Shown here: in pieces, positions 20,455 to 28,866 of the stretch
How the letters are laid out: each line of letters starts with the position of its first letter
Numbering within the stretch: position 1 is the stretch's first letter
Assembly (NCBI GenBank): GCA_965223845.1
Contig: CBDCXR010000004.1
Location: forward strand, 544,001 to 608,000
DNA: 64,000 bases
Direction of reading: 5' to 3'
From: Planctomycetota bacterium
Lineage (GTDB): Bacteria > Planctomycetota > UBA8108 > SXIK01
Program-made: the position numbers and the translations under genes
The notes under the pieces: generated by a model
Database searches by the model: none
Told to the model about the DNA's origin: nothing
Seen by the model: the letters and a program-made list of their open reading frames with translations, nothing else

Positions 20455-20507
20455 CGGCGGCGCGGGTCGGGTCGGGTCGGGGGGGGCGTCGAGGGCGGAC
20501 CGACGAC

Positions 20508-20535
20508 TTGACATATCGTATGATCGCGATATATT
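20508..20535 (+). promoter_or_regulatory. Promoter overlapped by inverted-repeat operator ATATCG-N8-CGATAT
   Basis: TTGACA at 20508-20513 and TATATT at 20530-20535. Palindrome arms at 20513-20518 and 20527-20532. Confidence 0.65.
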
Positions 20536-20620
20536 GATTGATCAGAGGCGGGGCATCTTCGGGTTCCGACCGGGAAGGCCTCGCCGCGCGTCCCCCGTCA
20601 CCCATCCTTGGGAGGTGCAT

Positions 20621-21175
20621 ATGATTCGGTCGATTCCCGCCCGCGTGCTGGCGACGAAATCGGAGGAGGGTCAAACCGTCGATCTCCTCGACGTCCGCAC
20701 TCCCGTCGAATTTCGTGAAGTACACGCAGCGCCCGCGCGCAACATTCCCCTCGAGAGTCTCGACGCCGACGACGTCCTTCGCGAGCGCAGCTCGGAGTCA
20801 CCCGAACCGATCTACGTCATTTGCCAAACGGGAAGTCGCGCGAAGCAAGCGGCCGCGAAGCTCGAGCGGGCGGGCGCAGAGAGCGTGATCCTCGTCGAAG
20901 GAGGAACGGCTTCGTGGGTGGCGGAGGGCCTCCCGGTAGTACGCGGAAAGAAGGCGATCTCGCTCGAGCGGCAGGTCCGGATCGCGGCCGGCGCTCTCGT
21001 ACTCGCCGGATCACTCCTCGGCTTCTCCGTGGATCGGTGGTTCTTCGCTCTGCCGGCCTTCGTCGGCGCCGGGCTCGTTTTCGCCGGCCTGACCGACACC
21101 TGCGGAATGGGAATGCTCCTTGCGAAAATGCCGTGGAACCGCGTGAAGGGGGAGTGCGGAGCGTGCACCCGCTAG
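20621..21175 (+). CDS. Rhodanese + DUF2892 membrane sulfurtransferase (YgaP-like)
   Basis: GGAGG RBS, LDVRTPVEF, active loop CQTGSR, SLERQVRI, TCGMGMLLAKMPWN. Confidence 0.9.
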   Translation: MIRSIPARVLATKSEEGQTVDLLDVRTPVEFREVHAAPARNIPLESLDADDVLRERSSESPEPIYVICQTGSRAKQAAAKLERAGAESVILVEGGTASWVAEGLPVVRGKKAISLERQVRIAAGALVLAGSLLGFSVDRWFFALPAFVGAGLVFAGLTDTCGMGMLLAKMPWNRVKGECGACTR

Positions 21176-21993
21176 CCGTTCTCTTCGGGGTCGCCGTCGG
21201 CTTCTCGCTGGGACTCACCGGCGGCGGCGGCTCGATCTTCGCGGTTCCGCTCCTCGTCTACGGGCTCGCCGTCTCGCCGCGCGAGGCCGTCGGGGTTTCG
21301 CTTGGCGCCGTCGGCGCCACGGCCCTCGTGGGTGCGGTCGCGCGGATGCGAACGCGAGAGGTCGAGCTGCGCACCGGACTCCTCTTCGTCGCGGCCGGGA
21401 AGCTCGGCGCGCCCGTCGGGATCCTGATCGGCGGCTACCTGCCGGCTTCGATTCTTCTCGGGCTCTTCGCCGGACTCATGGTCGTCGTCGCGATCCGGAT
21501 GTGGGTCGGTGCGACGAGGGATCCCGCTGCGGCCGGTGAAGTGCGCGCGCTCGGGCGATCGAGCGGAGATCGCTTCGGCCCCGCCTGCCGGCGCGATCCG
21601 ACCGGTAGATTGCGACTGAGCTCGCGGTGCGCGTTCGTGCTCTCGCTCGCCGGAGTCTCGACGGGGATTCTCTCCGGTCTCTTCGGCGTCGGCGGAGGGT
21701 TCGTCGTCGTACCGGCGCTCGTGTTCTTCAGCGGTATGGACGTTCGACGCGCGGTCGCGACCTCGCTGTTCGTGATCGCGCTCGTGAGTCTTTCGGGTCT
21801 CGCCTCGTTCGCCCTTCTCGGTGAGTCCTTCAACGGGGCGCTCGCGCTCGTCTTCGCCGCCGGAGGAGTCGCGGGGCTGCTCATCGGTGCTCTCGTCGCC
21901 CGGGCGCTCTCGGGGCCGGCGCTCCAGAAGACGTTCTCCGTCGCCATCGTGCTCGTCGCGGGCTTCACGGTCACGAAAACGATCATCGAGTAG
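21163..21993 (+). CDS. TauE/SafE family sulfite/organosulfur exporter
   Basis: GTG at 21163. GLTGGGGSIFAVP and GLFGVGGGFVVVP repeats, AVATSL. Confidence 0.9.
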   Translation: MHPLAVLFGVAVGFSLGLTGGGGSIFAVPLLVYGLAVSPREAVGVSLGAVGATALVGAVARMRTREVELRTGLLFVAAGKLGAPVGILIGGYLPASILLGLFAGLMVVVAIRMWVGATRDPAAAGEVRALGRSSGDRFGPACRRDPTGRLRLSSRCAFVLSLAGVSTGILSGLFGVGGGFVVVPALVFFSGMDVRRAVATSLFVIALVSLSGLASFALLGESFNGALALVFAAGGVAGLLIGALVARALSGPALQKTFSVAIVLVAGFTVTKTIIE

Positions 21994-22005
21994 AAAGGAA
22001 TCGCG

Positions 22006-23415
22006 ATGTACTTCTACCAGCGCTTCGTTCCCGGTCTTGCGATCTACTCGTACTTCGTGGCCGACGAACGAACGAAGGAGGCGGCGATCGTCGACCCGAC
22101 CCGCGACGTGGGCGAGTTCCTCTCGCTCGCCCGGCGCGAGGGATTCCACATCCGCCACGTTTTCGAGACTCACGTCCACGCGGACTTCGTGAGTGGGTCG
22201 GCGGAGCTCAAGGCGCGAATCGGCGGCGATGTGACCGTCCACTCCTCCGGGCTCGGAGGGGCCGAATGGACGCCGCCCTACGCGGATCACATCGTCTCGG
22301 ACGGAGACGAGATCGATATGGGCACGGTCCGTCTCCGGGCGATCCACACGCCCGGGCACACACCCGAGCACGTCTCGTGGGCGCTATTCGATCGCGGTCG
22401 AAGCGCGGAGGTACCGTGGCTCGTCTTCACCGGGGACTTTCTCTTCGTCGGCGACGTCGGCCGACCCGATCTCCTCGGCGAGGAGGCGCGACGAGTGCTC
22501 GCCTCGCAGCTTTACGCGAGTGTGTTCGAAACGCTCCCCGCGCTTCCCGATTTCACCGAGATCTTTCCGAGTCACGGTGCGGGATCCCTCTGCGGGAAGG
22601 CGATCGGCTCGCGGAGCTCCTCGACCGTCGGCTACGAGCGCCGGTTCAGCGCCGCGCTCGAGCGGAAGGACGAGAGCGACTGGGTAGCCGACCTTCTCGC
22701 GGGGATGCCCATCGCACCGCCGTACTTCCGCCGCATGAAGAGCGTGAACGCGGTGGGGCCGAAGATCCTTGGGAGCGACCTCCCCGGACAGCGTCGCTTC
22801 TCGGCGCGCGAGGTCCACGAACGCGTCTGCGATCGCTGTCTCATCGTCGACGTGCGCGGCAAAGAGGCGTTCGCTTCCGCCCACATTCCGGGCTCGGTGA
22901 ACATCCCGCTCGGGCCGAATCTCCCGACTTGGGCGGGCTGGGTGCTACCGTGCGAGCGCCCGACGCTCGTCGTCCTCGATGATTCCCGAGACATGCCCGA
23001 GGTGACGACGCATCTGATCCGCGTCGGATTCGACGACGTCGAGGGTTACCTCGAGGACGGGATCGACGGGTGGGAGAACCGGGGCTACGAGATCTCGCAG
23101 CTCGAGAGCCTCTCGGTCGAGGAGCTCGCTCGGCGCCGCGACGGCACGGACGCTCCGTTCGTCCTCGATGTTCGCACTGAGCGCGAGTGGGCCGCGGGCC
23201 ATCTCGACGGCGCGCACCACATCCACGGCGGCCTCCTCGAAGAGCGCTTCGAGGAGGTGCCGAAGGATCGGCCGATCGCCGTCGTCTGCGGAAGCGGCTA
23301 CCGCGGCTCGATCGCGTCGTCGTTCCTCAAGCGCGAGGGGTACGAGCGCGTGGCGAACGTGCTCGGCGGAATGAGCGCCTGGACGTCGGCGGGACTCCCG
23401 GTGGTGGGGACGTAA
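22006..23415 (+). CDS. MBL-fold persulfide dioxygenase-like protein with two rhodanese domains (CstB-like)
   Basis: ETHVHADFVSG, HTPGHTPEH, TGDFLFVGDVGRPDL, HGAGSLCGK, C-terminal CGSGYR. Confidence 0.92.
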   Translation: MYFYQRFVPGLAIYSYFVADERTKEAAIVDPTRDVGEFLSLARREGFHIRHVFETHVHADFVSGSAELKARIGGDVTVHSSGLGGAEWTPPYADHIVSDGDEIDMGTVRLRAIHTPGHTPEHVSWALFDRGRSAEVPWLVFTGDFLFVGDVGRPDLLGEEARRVLASQLYASVFETLPALPDFTEIFPSHGAGSLCGKAIGSRSSSTVGYERRFSAALERKDESDWVADLLAGMPIAPPYFRRMKSVNAVGPKILGSDLPGQRRFSAREVHERVCDRCLIVDVRGKEAFASAHIPGSVNIPLGPNLPTWAGWVLPCERPTLVVLDDSRDMPEVTTHLIRVGFDDVEGYLEDGIDGWENRGYEISQLESLSVEELARRRDGTDAPFVLDVRTEREWAAGHLDGAHHIHGGLLEERFEEVPKDRPIAVVCGSGYRGSIASSFLKREGYERVANVLGGMSAWTSAGLPVVGT

Positions 23416-23416
23416 G

Positions 23417-23773
23417 CCGCGATTTCGAGACATTGTCAACACCTGGAAGGCGCGGGACCAGCGAGGCTTCGCGGCGCAGGCCGAGGCCGCTGGCGACGAG
23501 GATCTCGCAGCTGCGGTCGCCGTAGCGCTTCAGCGATTCCGGAAATCGGAAAGGCCGCTCGACGTCGCCAAGTTCGCGCGAAAGATCGTTCCCGAGCCCA
23601 TGATGGCCGCGGAGCAGTTGTTCGATCAGGCGGAGGCATCCCTCGATCGTGCCGAAGCCGCGCTCGAAGGAATCCGAAAGAAGCCCAACCCGATTGACAA
23701 GATTGCGCGTGGGCAGCGTCAACGAGCTCGAGTCGCGAGAGAGGAGGAGCGAAAAGAATGGCAACCTTCCTGA
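23417..23773 (+). pseudogene. Probable 5'-truncated gene fragment at island left edge
   Basis: Open frame (FRDIVNTWKARDQRGFAAQAEAAGDEDLAAAVAVALQRF...KEWQPS*) with helical composition and no ATG/GTG/TTG start near its 5' end. Its stop overlaps the next ATG. Confidence 0.4.
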
Positions 23774-24018
23774 TCTACCGGGAATACCACGACGTACCCG
23801 GCAAGAACTCGAGCGGTATCCACGCCTGCCTCGCGAACGGCGGGGATGAGTCGGAGGCTCGGGCTACGGCTCGGGCCGCCAGCCATCTCGTGAAGGACTT
23901 CTGGGCCGCGGTTCAGGTGTCGTCGGGCGACCTTCCCGCGGAGGTCCCCTCGGTCACGCTCATCGAAGGGGACGTGCTCCACCCCGGGGCACTGACCCGA
24001 GGTGGGTCGAAGGTGTGA
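23758..24018 (+). CDS. Small hypothetical protein, possibly phage/MGE-derived
   Basis: Strong GAGGAGG RBS, 86 aa, globular composition. Confidence 0.55.
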   Translation: MATFLIYREYHDVPGKNSSGIHACLANGGDESEARATARAASHLVKDFWAAVQVSSGDLPAEVPSVTLIEGDVLHPGALTRGGSKV

Positions 24019-24027
24019 CGACCCGGA

Positions 24028-25011
24028 TTACCCCCCGGGCGGTTGTGGCTCGAGGGGTGGTTCTTGTTGGTCAGACACTGTCTCCGCTGGGAGATCGAGC
24101 AGTTCTGTTCCTTTAACGGGCTTCATTCCTTCAGAGAATATTCGATACGGAAGTTCCTGGCCCGCGTCCCCTCGACTTACATGGTAATTAAGGCGTGTGA
24201 CGTATAGGGTCTGACCGGGATAGATGACGTCATCAGCCCTTCCGGAAAACGTGTACAGATGCTTGTCGGCTAATGTCTGGATCGGTGTGAGGCCGGTGGC
24301 TCTTCTCCCGTCGACGCCCGCTGGGACGATGCCCCACGATCGAGGCGGCTTGATCGTCACCTCGAGACATGGAAATCTTGCTAGTCCTTTTCCACAATTC
24401 CGTATCCCAAGGAGGATGTCGGTCCGTTCGACGTCTTGACTGATTAGTTCGAACACGATTTGGAGCTGAGGGCGCGCTCGACGACCGAACATGTCTTCGA
24501 GATCAAAGTGCTCCATGGAGTAGAAGCTCTCGCCGCTGCGTTTGTAGTACTTGTTTTCTCCAAGTTTGGCCATGTGTGGCGGGAAATCACTCACGGGTAC
24601 GAGTGTCACGACGTAGCCATTCTTGCCATCATGCTCACGTATCGTCTTGTGTCTTATTCCGTCAACTCTTGGGCTGGTAGACTCGCCGGTCAATTGTTCA
24701 AGGCGCGACCTGAACTTGTCGGGTGAGAGGACGGGGCATAGGTCGCAGGCTGCGTCGATTCCTCCCGATTTCCGAGCGTCGATTCCCCACACGATCAAGC
24801 CGCCATCGGAATTGGCGAATCCCGACACGGCTTTGGCGAACGATTGTTTGTCGCTCTTGGCCGGACGGTCAGCTCTGGAGATCTTCTTGAAATCCAGATG
24901 TAGATTCTCTTGATGCCGTGACTCAACGAATTCGTGAAGAACCGACAGATCTAATCGTTCGAACTCGAGTTCTAAGCCCTCCGGGGGCGTGGATGGGGCG
25001 CGATCAATCAT
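24028..25011 (-). CDS. Schlafen/AlbA_2 domain protein with C-terminal beta-rich domain
   Basis: ENLHLDFK, AVSGFANSDGGLIVWGI, PPHM, YYKRSG. Confidence 0.88.
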   Translation of the reverse strand: MIDRAPSTPPEGLELEFERLDLSVLHEFVESRHQENLHLDFKKISRADRPAKSDKQSFAKAVSGFANSDGGLIVWGIDARKSGGIDAACDLCPVLSPDKFRSRLEQLTGESTSPRVDGIRHKTIREHDGKNGYVVTLVPVSDFPPHMAKLGENKYYKRSGESFYSMEHFDLEDMFGRRARPQLQIVFELISQDVERTDILLGIRNCGKGLARFPCLEVTIKPPRSWGIVPAGVDGRRATGLTPIQTLADKHLYTFSGRADDVIYPGQTLYVTRLNYHVSRGDAGQELPYRIFSEGMKPVKGTELLDLPAETVSDQQEPPLEPQPPGG

Positions 25012-25384
25012 TCGAGTTTTTGCGCTATCCGAGCGATCTCGCTCCAGCGGCTGAGGCGCGCGGCGGATGACATCGGTCGCGTCGAATCCATGCCGTGTGA
25101 GGTCGTCCTGCCCGAACGCCGCGCGAACGGCGAGTAGTAGATCGCGCGGTGGGAGACTGGGTCTGCTGTTCTCTTCGGGCGGCTATTGACACCGTCGAAA
25201 GGCGTCAAATCCGAACGACGAACGCGAGTCAAGGAAGGGCTCGGGCGAAACGTCAATGCGACACTTGGTTGAGCGCGATAGCTTACTGACTTCGGCATCA
25301 TGAGACGAATGGCCGACAGAAATGTGCGATCTCTCGTTCGTCGTATCGACCACGGATTGTTTGTCTCGTGCGTTCCGTGGTCGA

Positions 25385-26968
25385 TCATTTTCGGAGCGCG
25401 TGAATGGGGCAAATGGGTCTGTTACAGCGGCGCAAGTCCCTTCGAAGTGCCAACTCGTGGATAAACATCGGGTGGACCAAGAGTTCGTCGTCTTCGTTGA
25501 CGCGAAGGTGTCCGTCGACGTTGGGCTCGAAGGCAGCCACGTTATAGTGGCCATCTTCGTCGAGGCCATGATCGGATACCTTTCTGCCAAACACTCCAAT
25601 CTCGAACAGCATCTTTTCCAGCCACGATCCACTCGTGGTGTCGCTTGCGGATCTGAACTTCTTCGAAAGTGCTTGCAGATCCTTGAGTCGTATTTTCATG
25701 TGTAGTCCGCGAAGGTGCTCTTGACAGATAGCTTCCGCGAGAGGAAATGTGAACTTAAATACCCCTAGGACTCCTCTGACGAATTGGCGCTCGGCGTTCT
25801 CGACACCTCGTCCGATGCTCTCGGGGGTTGCGATCCCGTTCGGAAACGATCCATTAGACGCTTTTGCTACTTCGTTGCAAGCCATGATGACCTGTCGTGG
25901 AGTGAGTTGGGTATGTCGCAAGATATATGTGAATGACTCCTCCGATATGTTTGCGAAGACGCGGTTTTGCACCCTCTCCGGAAAGTGCTTCAGCCATAGT
26001 TCGTTGGCTGCCTCCGGGGTGCTATAGTCGTCGAGGCGGATTGTCTCTCCGATTCGATCCGACAGGAAAAGGTAGAACGCCAACCGGCGCGCGATCAGGA
26101 TTCTCAGCTCTCGTGCCGTCCACCGCAAGGTGCACAGTCGGGGGTACGTTTTTTCCCAGTTTGTTACATATTTGTAACACTGGCTGAAGTACTCACTGGG
26201 AACAAAGCACTTCACTATGATTTCTGCTGTGGGTTGAAAATCTGCTGCGGAAAGAAGTATCGATCCGAAGATCCTCTGTCGCTTTGCTGTCTTGAGCGGG
26301 TATTCTTCCAGGTTGTCGATGAGGATTACGAGCGACTTGTCTGAGAGGAACTCGGCAGCCTGTTCTTTTGCGTCCTTCAGACTCCCGCGGTTCAGGTCCA
26401 TCAGGGCCGAAATGACGCCAGCTGTTGAGGCGAGCTTGCCGGGTGGGATGTTATCTTGAACGGCGGAGAGTATTCCTTCGAGAATGCTCTTTTCTCCGGT
26501 TCGAGTGCGCTGGAGGAACGTCCGAATCTTGTCGAGTTTTCCTTCAGTGTGTTTGTTCAGCTTGCGAAAAACTAACACCCAAAAATAATTGTAACATTCG
26601 CTCTTGTAAATCTCGATCGGCCCCGGCTTTGATTCGTCGGGTTCTTGGATTGAGGCATCGATCCACTTGGCTAGTTCTTCTTTGCGGCAGACGATTTTGA
26701 AGTCGTAGCGGTCTCCGAGGCGAATCGCTTTTATTAGTGCCGATTTGCCGCTCCCTCTGCGTCCCATGATTAGGCGGTAGTCTGGATGGCTTGCCTGATC
26801 GAAGGAGGAGCAGGGGCTATAGACGTACTTGAATGCGGTCTCGAGTTCGCTCCCGCTCGCAGCTTTGCCGAACGGCAGGTTGTCAGAGGGCGGGTCTAGC
26901 AGGTGCTGGATCTCGCCGCGAGATATTACGTGGTCGGGTACGTAAGGGGAGTTCATGCGTGGGGCCAT
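25385..26968 (-). CDS. P-loop ATPase (Sll1717/KAP-like)
   Basis: PFG..A..E, Walker A GRRGSGKS, Walker B LVILIDNLEE, LRWT, TQLTPRQVI, C-terminal VHPMF. Confidence 0.8.
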   Translation of the reverse strand: MAPRMNSPYVPDHVISRGEIQHLLDPPSDNLPFGKAASGSELETAFKYVYSPCSSFDQASHPDYRLIMGRRGSGKSALIKAIRLGDRYDFKIVCRKEELAKWIDASIQEPDESKPGPIEIYKSECYNYFWVLVFRKLNKHTEGKLDKIRTFLQRTRTGEKSILEGILSAVQDNIPPGKLASTAGVISALMDLNRGSLKDAKEQAAEFLSDKSLVILIDNLEEYPLKTAKRQRIFGSILLSAADFQPTAEIIVKCFVPSEYFSQCYKYVTNWEKTYPRLCTLRWTARELRILIARRLAFYLFLSDRIGETIRLDDYSTPEAANELWLKHFPERVQNRVFANISEESFTYILRHTQLTPRQVIMACNEVAKASNGSFPNGIATPESIGRGVENAERQFVRGVLGVFKFTFPLAEAICQEHLRGLHMKIRLKDLQALSKKFRSASDTTSGSWLEKMLFEIGVFGRKVSDHGLDEDGHYNVAAFEPNVDGHLRVNEDDELLVHPMFIHELALRRDLRRCNRPICPIHALRK

Positions 26969-27205
26969 CGGTGGTGGGGTTGTCTCGCGTGGTTTAGGCG
27001 CTCTTTGGATTTCATGAAGGGAGGCCTCGCGCCGCGCTGTGCGCGAGATTGATTCGGGTAATCAGAGTAGGCGGTGCGAGGGGCGGAGGTCAACGAGCGC
27101 GTTTTCACAGGGGGTTTTTGGTAAACGCTGGTCGAGTCTGGTGTGGGGAGGGTCGAGCAGGTCTTTCTTCGGATTGCGTGGCAGAGGGGGGTTTTTCGAC
27201 GCAGC

Positions 27206-27225
27206 CGGTTACTATGCGGTTACTA
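27206..27225. repeat. Direct repeat CGGTTACTA x2 (11-bp period), candidate integrase arm-type site
   Basis: Copies at 27206-27214 and 27217-27225, about 50 bp from the tRNA 3' end. Confidence 0.5.
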
Positions 27226-27264
27226 AAACAAAAAAGGACTCACGGCCCACGGCCGTAAGTCCTT
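27226..27264 (-). terminator. Intrinsic terminator-like hairpin downstream of tRNA-Lys
   Basis: AAGGACTCACGGCC / GGCCGTAAGTCCTT inverted repeat (1 mismatch), followed by a T-rich run on the minus strand. Confidence 0.65.
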
Positions 27265-27272
27265 GTCGTTTC

Positions 27273-27348
27273 TGGTGCGCCCTCAGGGATTCGAACCCCG
27301 GACCCGCTGATTAAGAGTCAGCTGCTCTGCCGACTGAGCTAAGGGCGC
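27273..27348 (-). tRNA. tRNA-Lys (anticodon CTT)
   Basis: GCGCCCTTAGCTCAGTCGGCAGAGCAGCTGACT-CTT-AATCAGCGGGTCCGGGGTTCGAATCCCTGAGGGCGCACCA. Full cloverleaf with encoded CCA. Confidence 0.97.
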
Positions 27349-27526
27349 AGAGAGTTTTGTCACGTCGCCGACCGCGCCGCGGCAGCGAGTGCGCCGATGT
27401 ATAACGGCGCGCCACCCGAGTCAAGACCTTCGGTCGGAGCGCGCGGGCGACTTGCCGGGGCGCGATTCCGGGATGGCTTCGCGCGCTGGCGCGCGGCCCG
27501 CTTGCCCGGCGAAGAAGAGAGAAAAA

Positions 27527-27603
27527 TGGCGCGCCCGGCACGACTCGAACGTGCAACCAATGGTTTCGAAGACCACTACTCTATCCAATTGAGCTACGGG
27601 CGC
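27527..27603 (-). tRNA. tRNA-Arg (anticodon TCG)
   Basis: GCGCCCGTAGCTCAATTGGATAGAGTAGTGGTCT-TCG-AAACCATTGGTTGCACGTTCGAGTCGTGCCGGGCGCGCCA. Full cloverleaf with encoded CCA. Confidence 0.95.
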
Positions 27604-27980
27604 GCGGGTGAGGTCGCTCGCGGGGGAGCCCGAAATCCGGGCTGCGTGGTCGATCGGCAGGCCGGTCGAATCCGTAATCGCGGGCAGGGCGGGTCGGGCC
27701 GAGGAGCAGCAGCGCCTCGCTCGTCCTGACGCGCGGCCGGATTATGCCCGAAGCGGGTTCGCTCCCGCAAGCCACAAGAAACGGCGGCATCGGCGGTTGC
27801 GGCGAGCGCTCTCGGTCGCGACCGACCGCCGGGAACCGATTCGGCGTCCGGACGTCCGCCCCGGTGCCGATACGGACTGCGGAAACTCGCGCCAAATGCC
27901 GAAAAAGAAGTGCGTGACCCAGAGACCTCCGCGGACTCGTGTCCGCGGTCGACCGCGCCAGAGGGGACCCCGGAACCGAA

Positions 27981-28526
27981 ATGGACGCACCACAGACGCC
28001 GTTCGATCTCCCTTCGCTCGACGACGAATTTCACGAGCTCGTCGGGAGCCTGATTCAGACCCTCCAGGAGGAAAGCCGCCAACACCAGCGATTCCTCCGC
28101 GTCGTCCGGTCGAAGCGCGCGGCGATGAGCGAGCCGGACGGGCAAAACCTCGAGACGATCCTCCGCACCGAGAAAGAGGTGCTCGCCGATTGTGTCACGA
28201 TCGAGCGCGACCGCCTCGCGATCCTCCTCGCGCTGGGCGAGCGGGTCGGGGGCGAGTCCGGCAAGCCGCGCCGACTCCGGATCGCCGAGCTGGTGAGCTA
28301 CACCCATCCCGAGGACCGCGACGAGCTCCTCGACCTCCGCGACGAGATCCGCGATGTCGCCGACGAGCTCGAGGATCTCACGTCCGGAGGGTCGTTCAGC
28401 CGCCACGCGTCGGGAAACATGCGTCTCTACTTGCGTGAGGATCGCTGGGGCGACCGCGGAGGGGAGGCGATCGACGAGGACGGCACGGTCTCTTGGGAGG
28501 AGTACTCCCAGACCGAGGAGACCTGA
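27981..28526 (+). CDS. FlgN-like export chaperone
   Basis: Helical pattern L...L.EE......L......KR..M......LE.I...E......IE..R, then L..LV...RDEL..LR.EI. Matches the FlgN layout. Confidence 0.55.
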   Translation: MDAPQTPFDLPSLDDEFHELVGSLIQTLQEESRQHQRFLRVVRSKRAAMSEPDGQNLETILRTEKEVLADCVTIERDRLAILLALGERVGGESGKPRRLRIAELVSYTHPEDRDELLDLRDEIRDVADELEDLTSGGSFSRHASGNMRLYLREDRWGDRGGEAIDEDGTVSWEEYSQTEET

Positions 28527-28866
28527 GCGTGGAGCTCTCCCCGCACGGGCGAGCGCCTTCACCGACCGATCCGGGTGCCCCGGAGAGATCGCGCCGATTA
28601 GGCGGATTGTTAGGGCGTGGAGCGGCCGAGATCGCCGCGCTTCCGCTGCGGTTCGTCGCTTTCGAGCAGACCGCACCACGGGCTTGTTTCGCATCCGAAT
28701 CCCAGTACAATCCCCGGCTCGAAACTGGCCGGATGTCCGACACATCGCCATCGCGACTCCTTCGCGGTGCGACGGGCACCGAGCGTTCTCGCTCCGTGCG
28801 AAACTGGTCCGCGCGGAGCACTCGAAAGCGAACGCCCGCCGCTCACGAGATCTCGCTCGCCTCGCG

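Larger units (their letters stand above)
23420..27272. mobile_element. Integrase-less genomic island remnant at 3' end of tRNA-Lys
   Basis: Visible drop in GC and change in codon style over about 24050-27250. Abuts the tRNA 3' end and has a truncated ORF at the left edge. Left boundary is approximate. Confidence 0.6.

Noticed and set aside
25008-25412. 134-aa ORF bridging the ATPase and AlbA_2 genes with an ATGA overlap
   Set aside because: The overlap is suggestive, but the sequence is R/S/P-rich with no recognisable fold, so it was not called. It should be rechecked if the pair proves to be an operon.
23420-27272. Intact prophage, ICE or retron
   Set aside because: No integrase, structural, conjugation or reverse transcriptase gene, and no second att copy was found.
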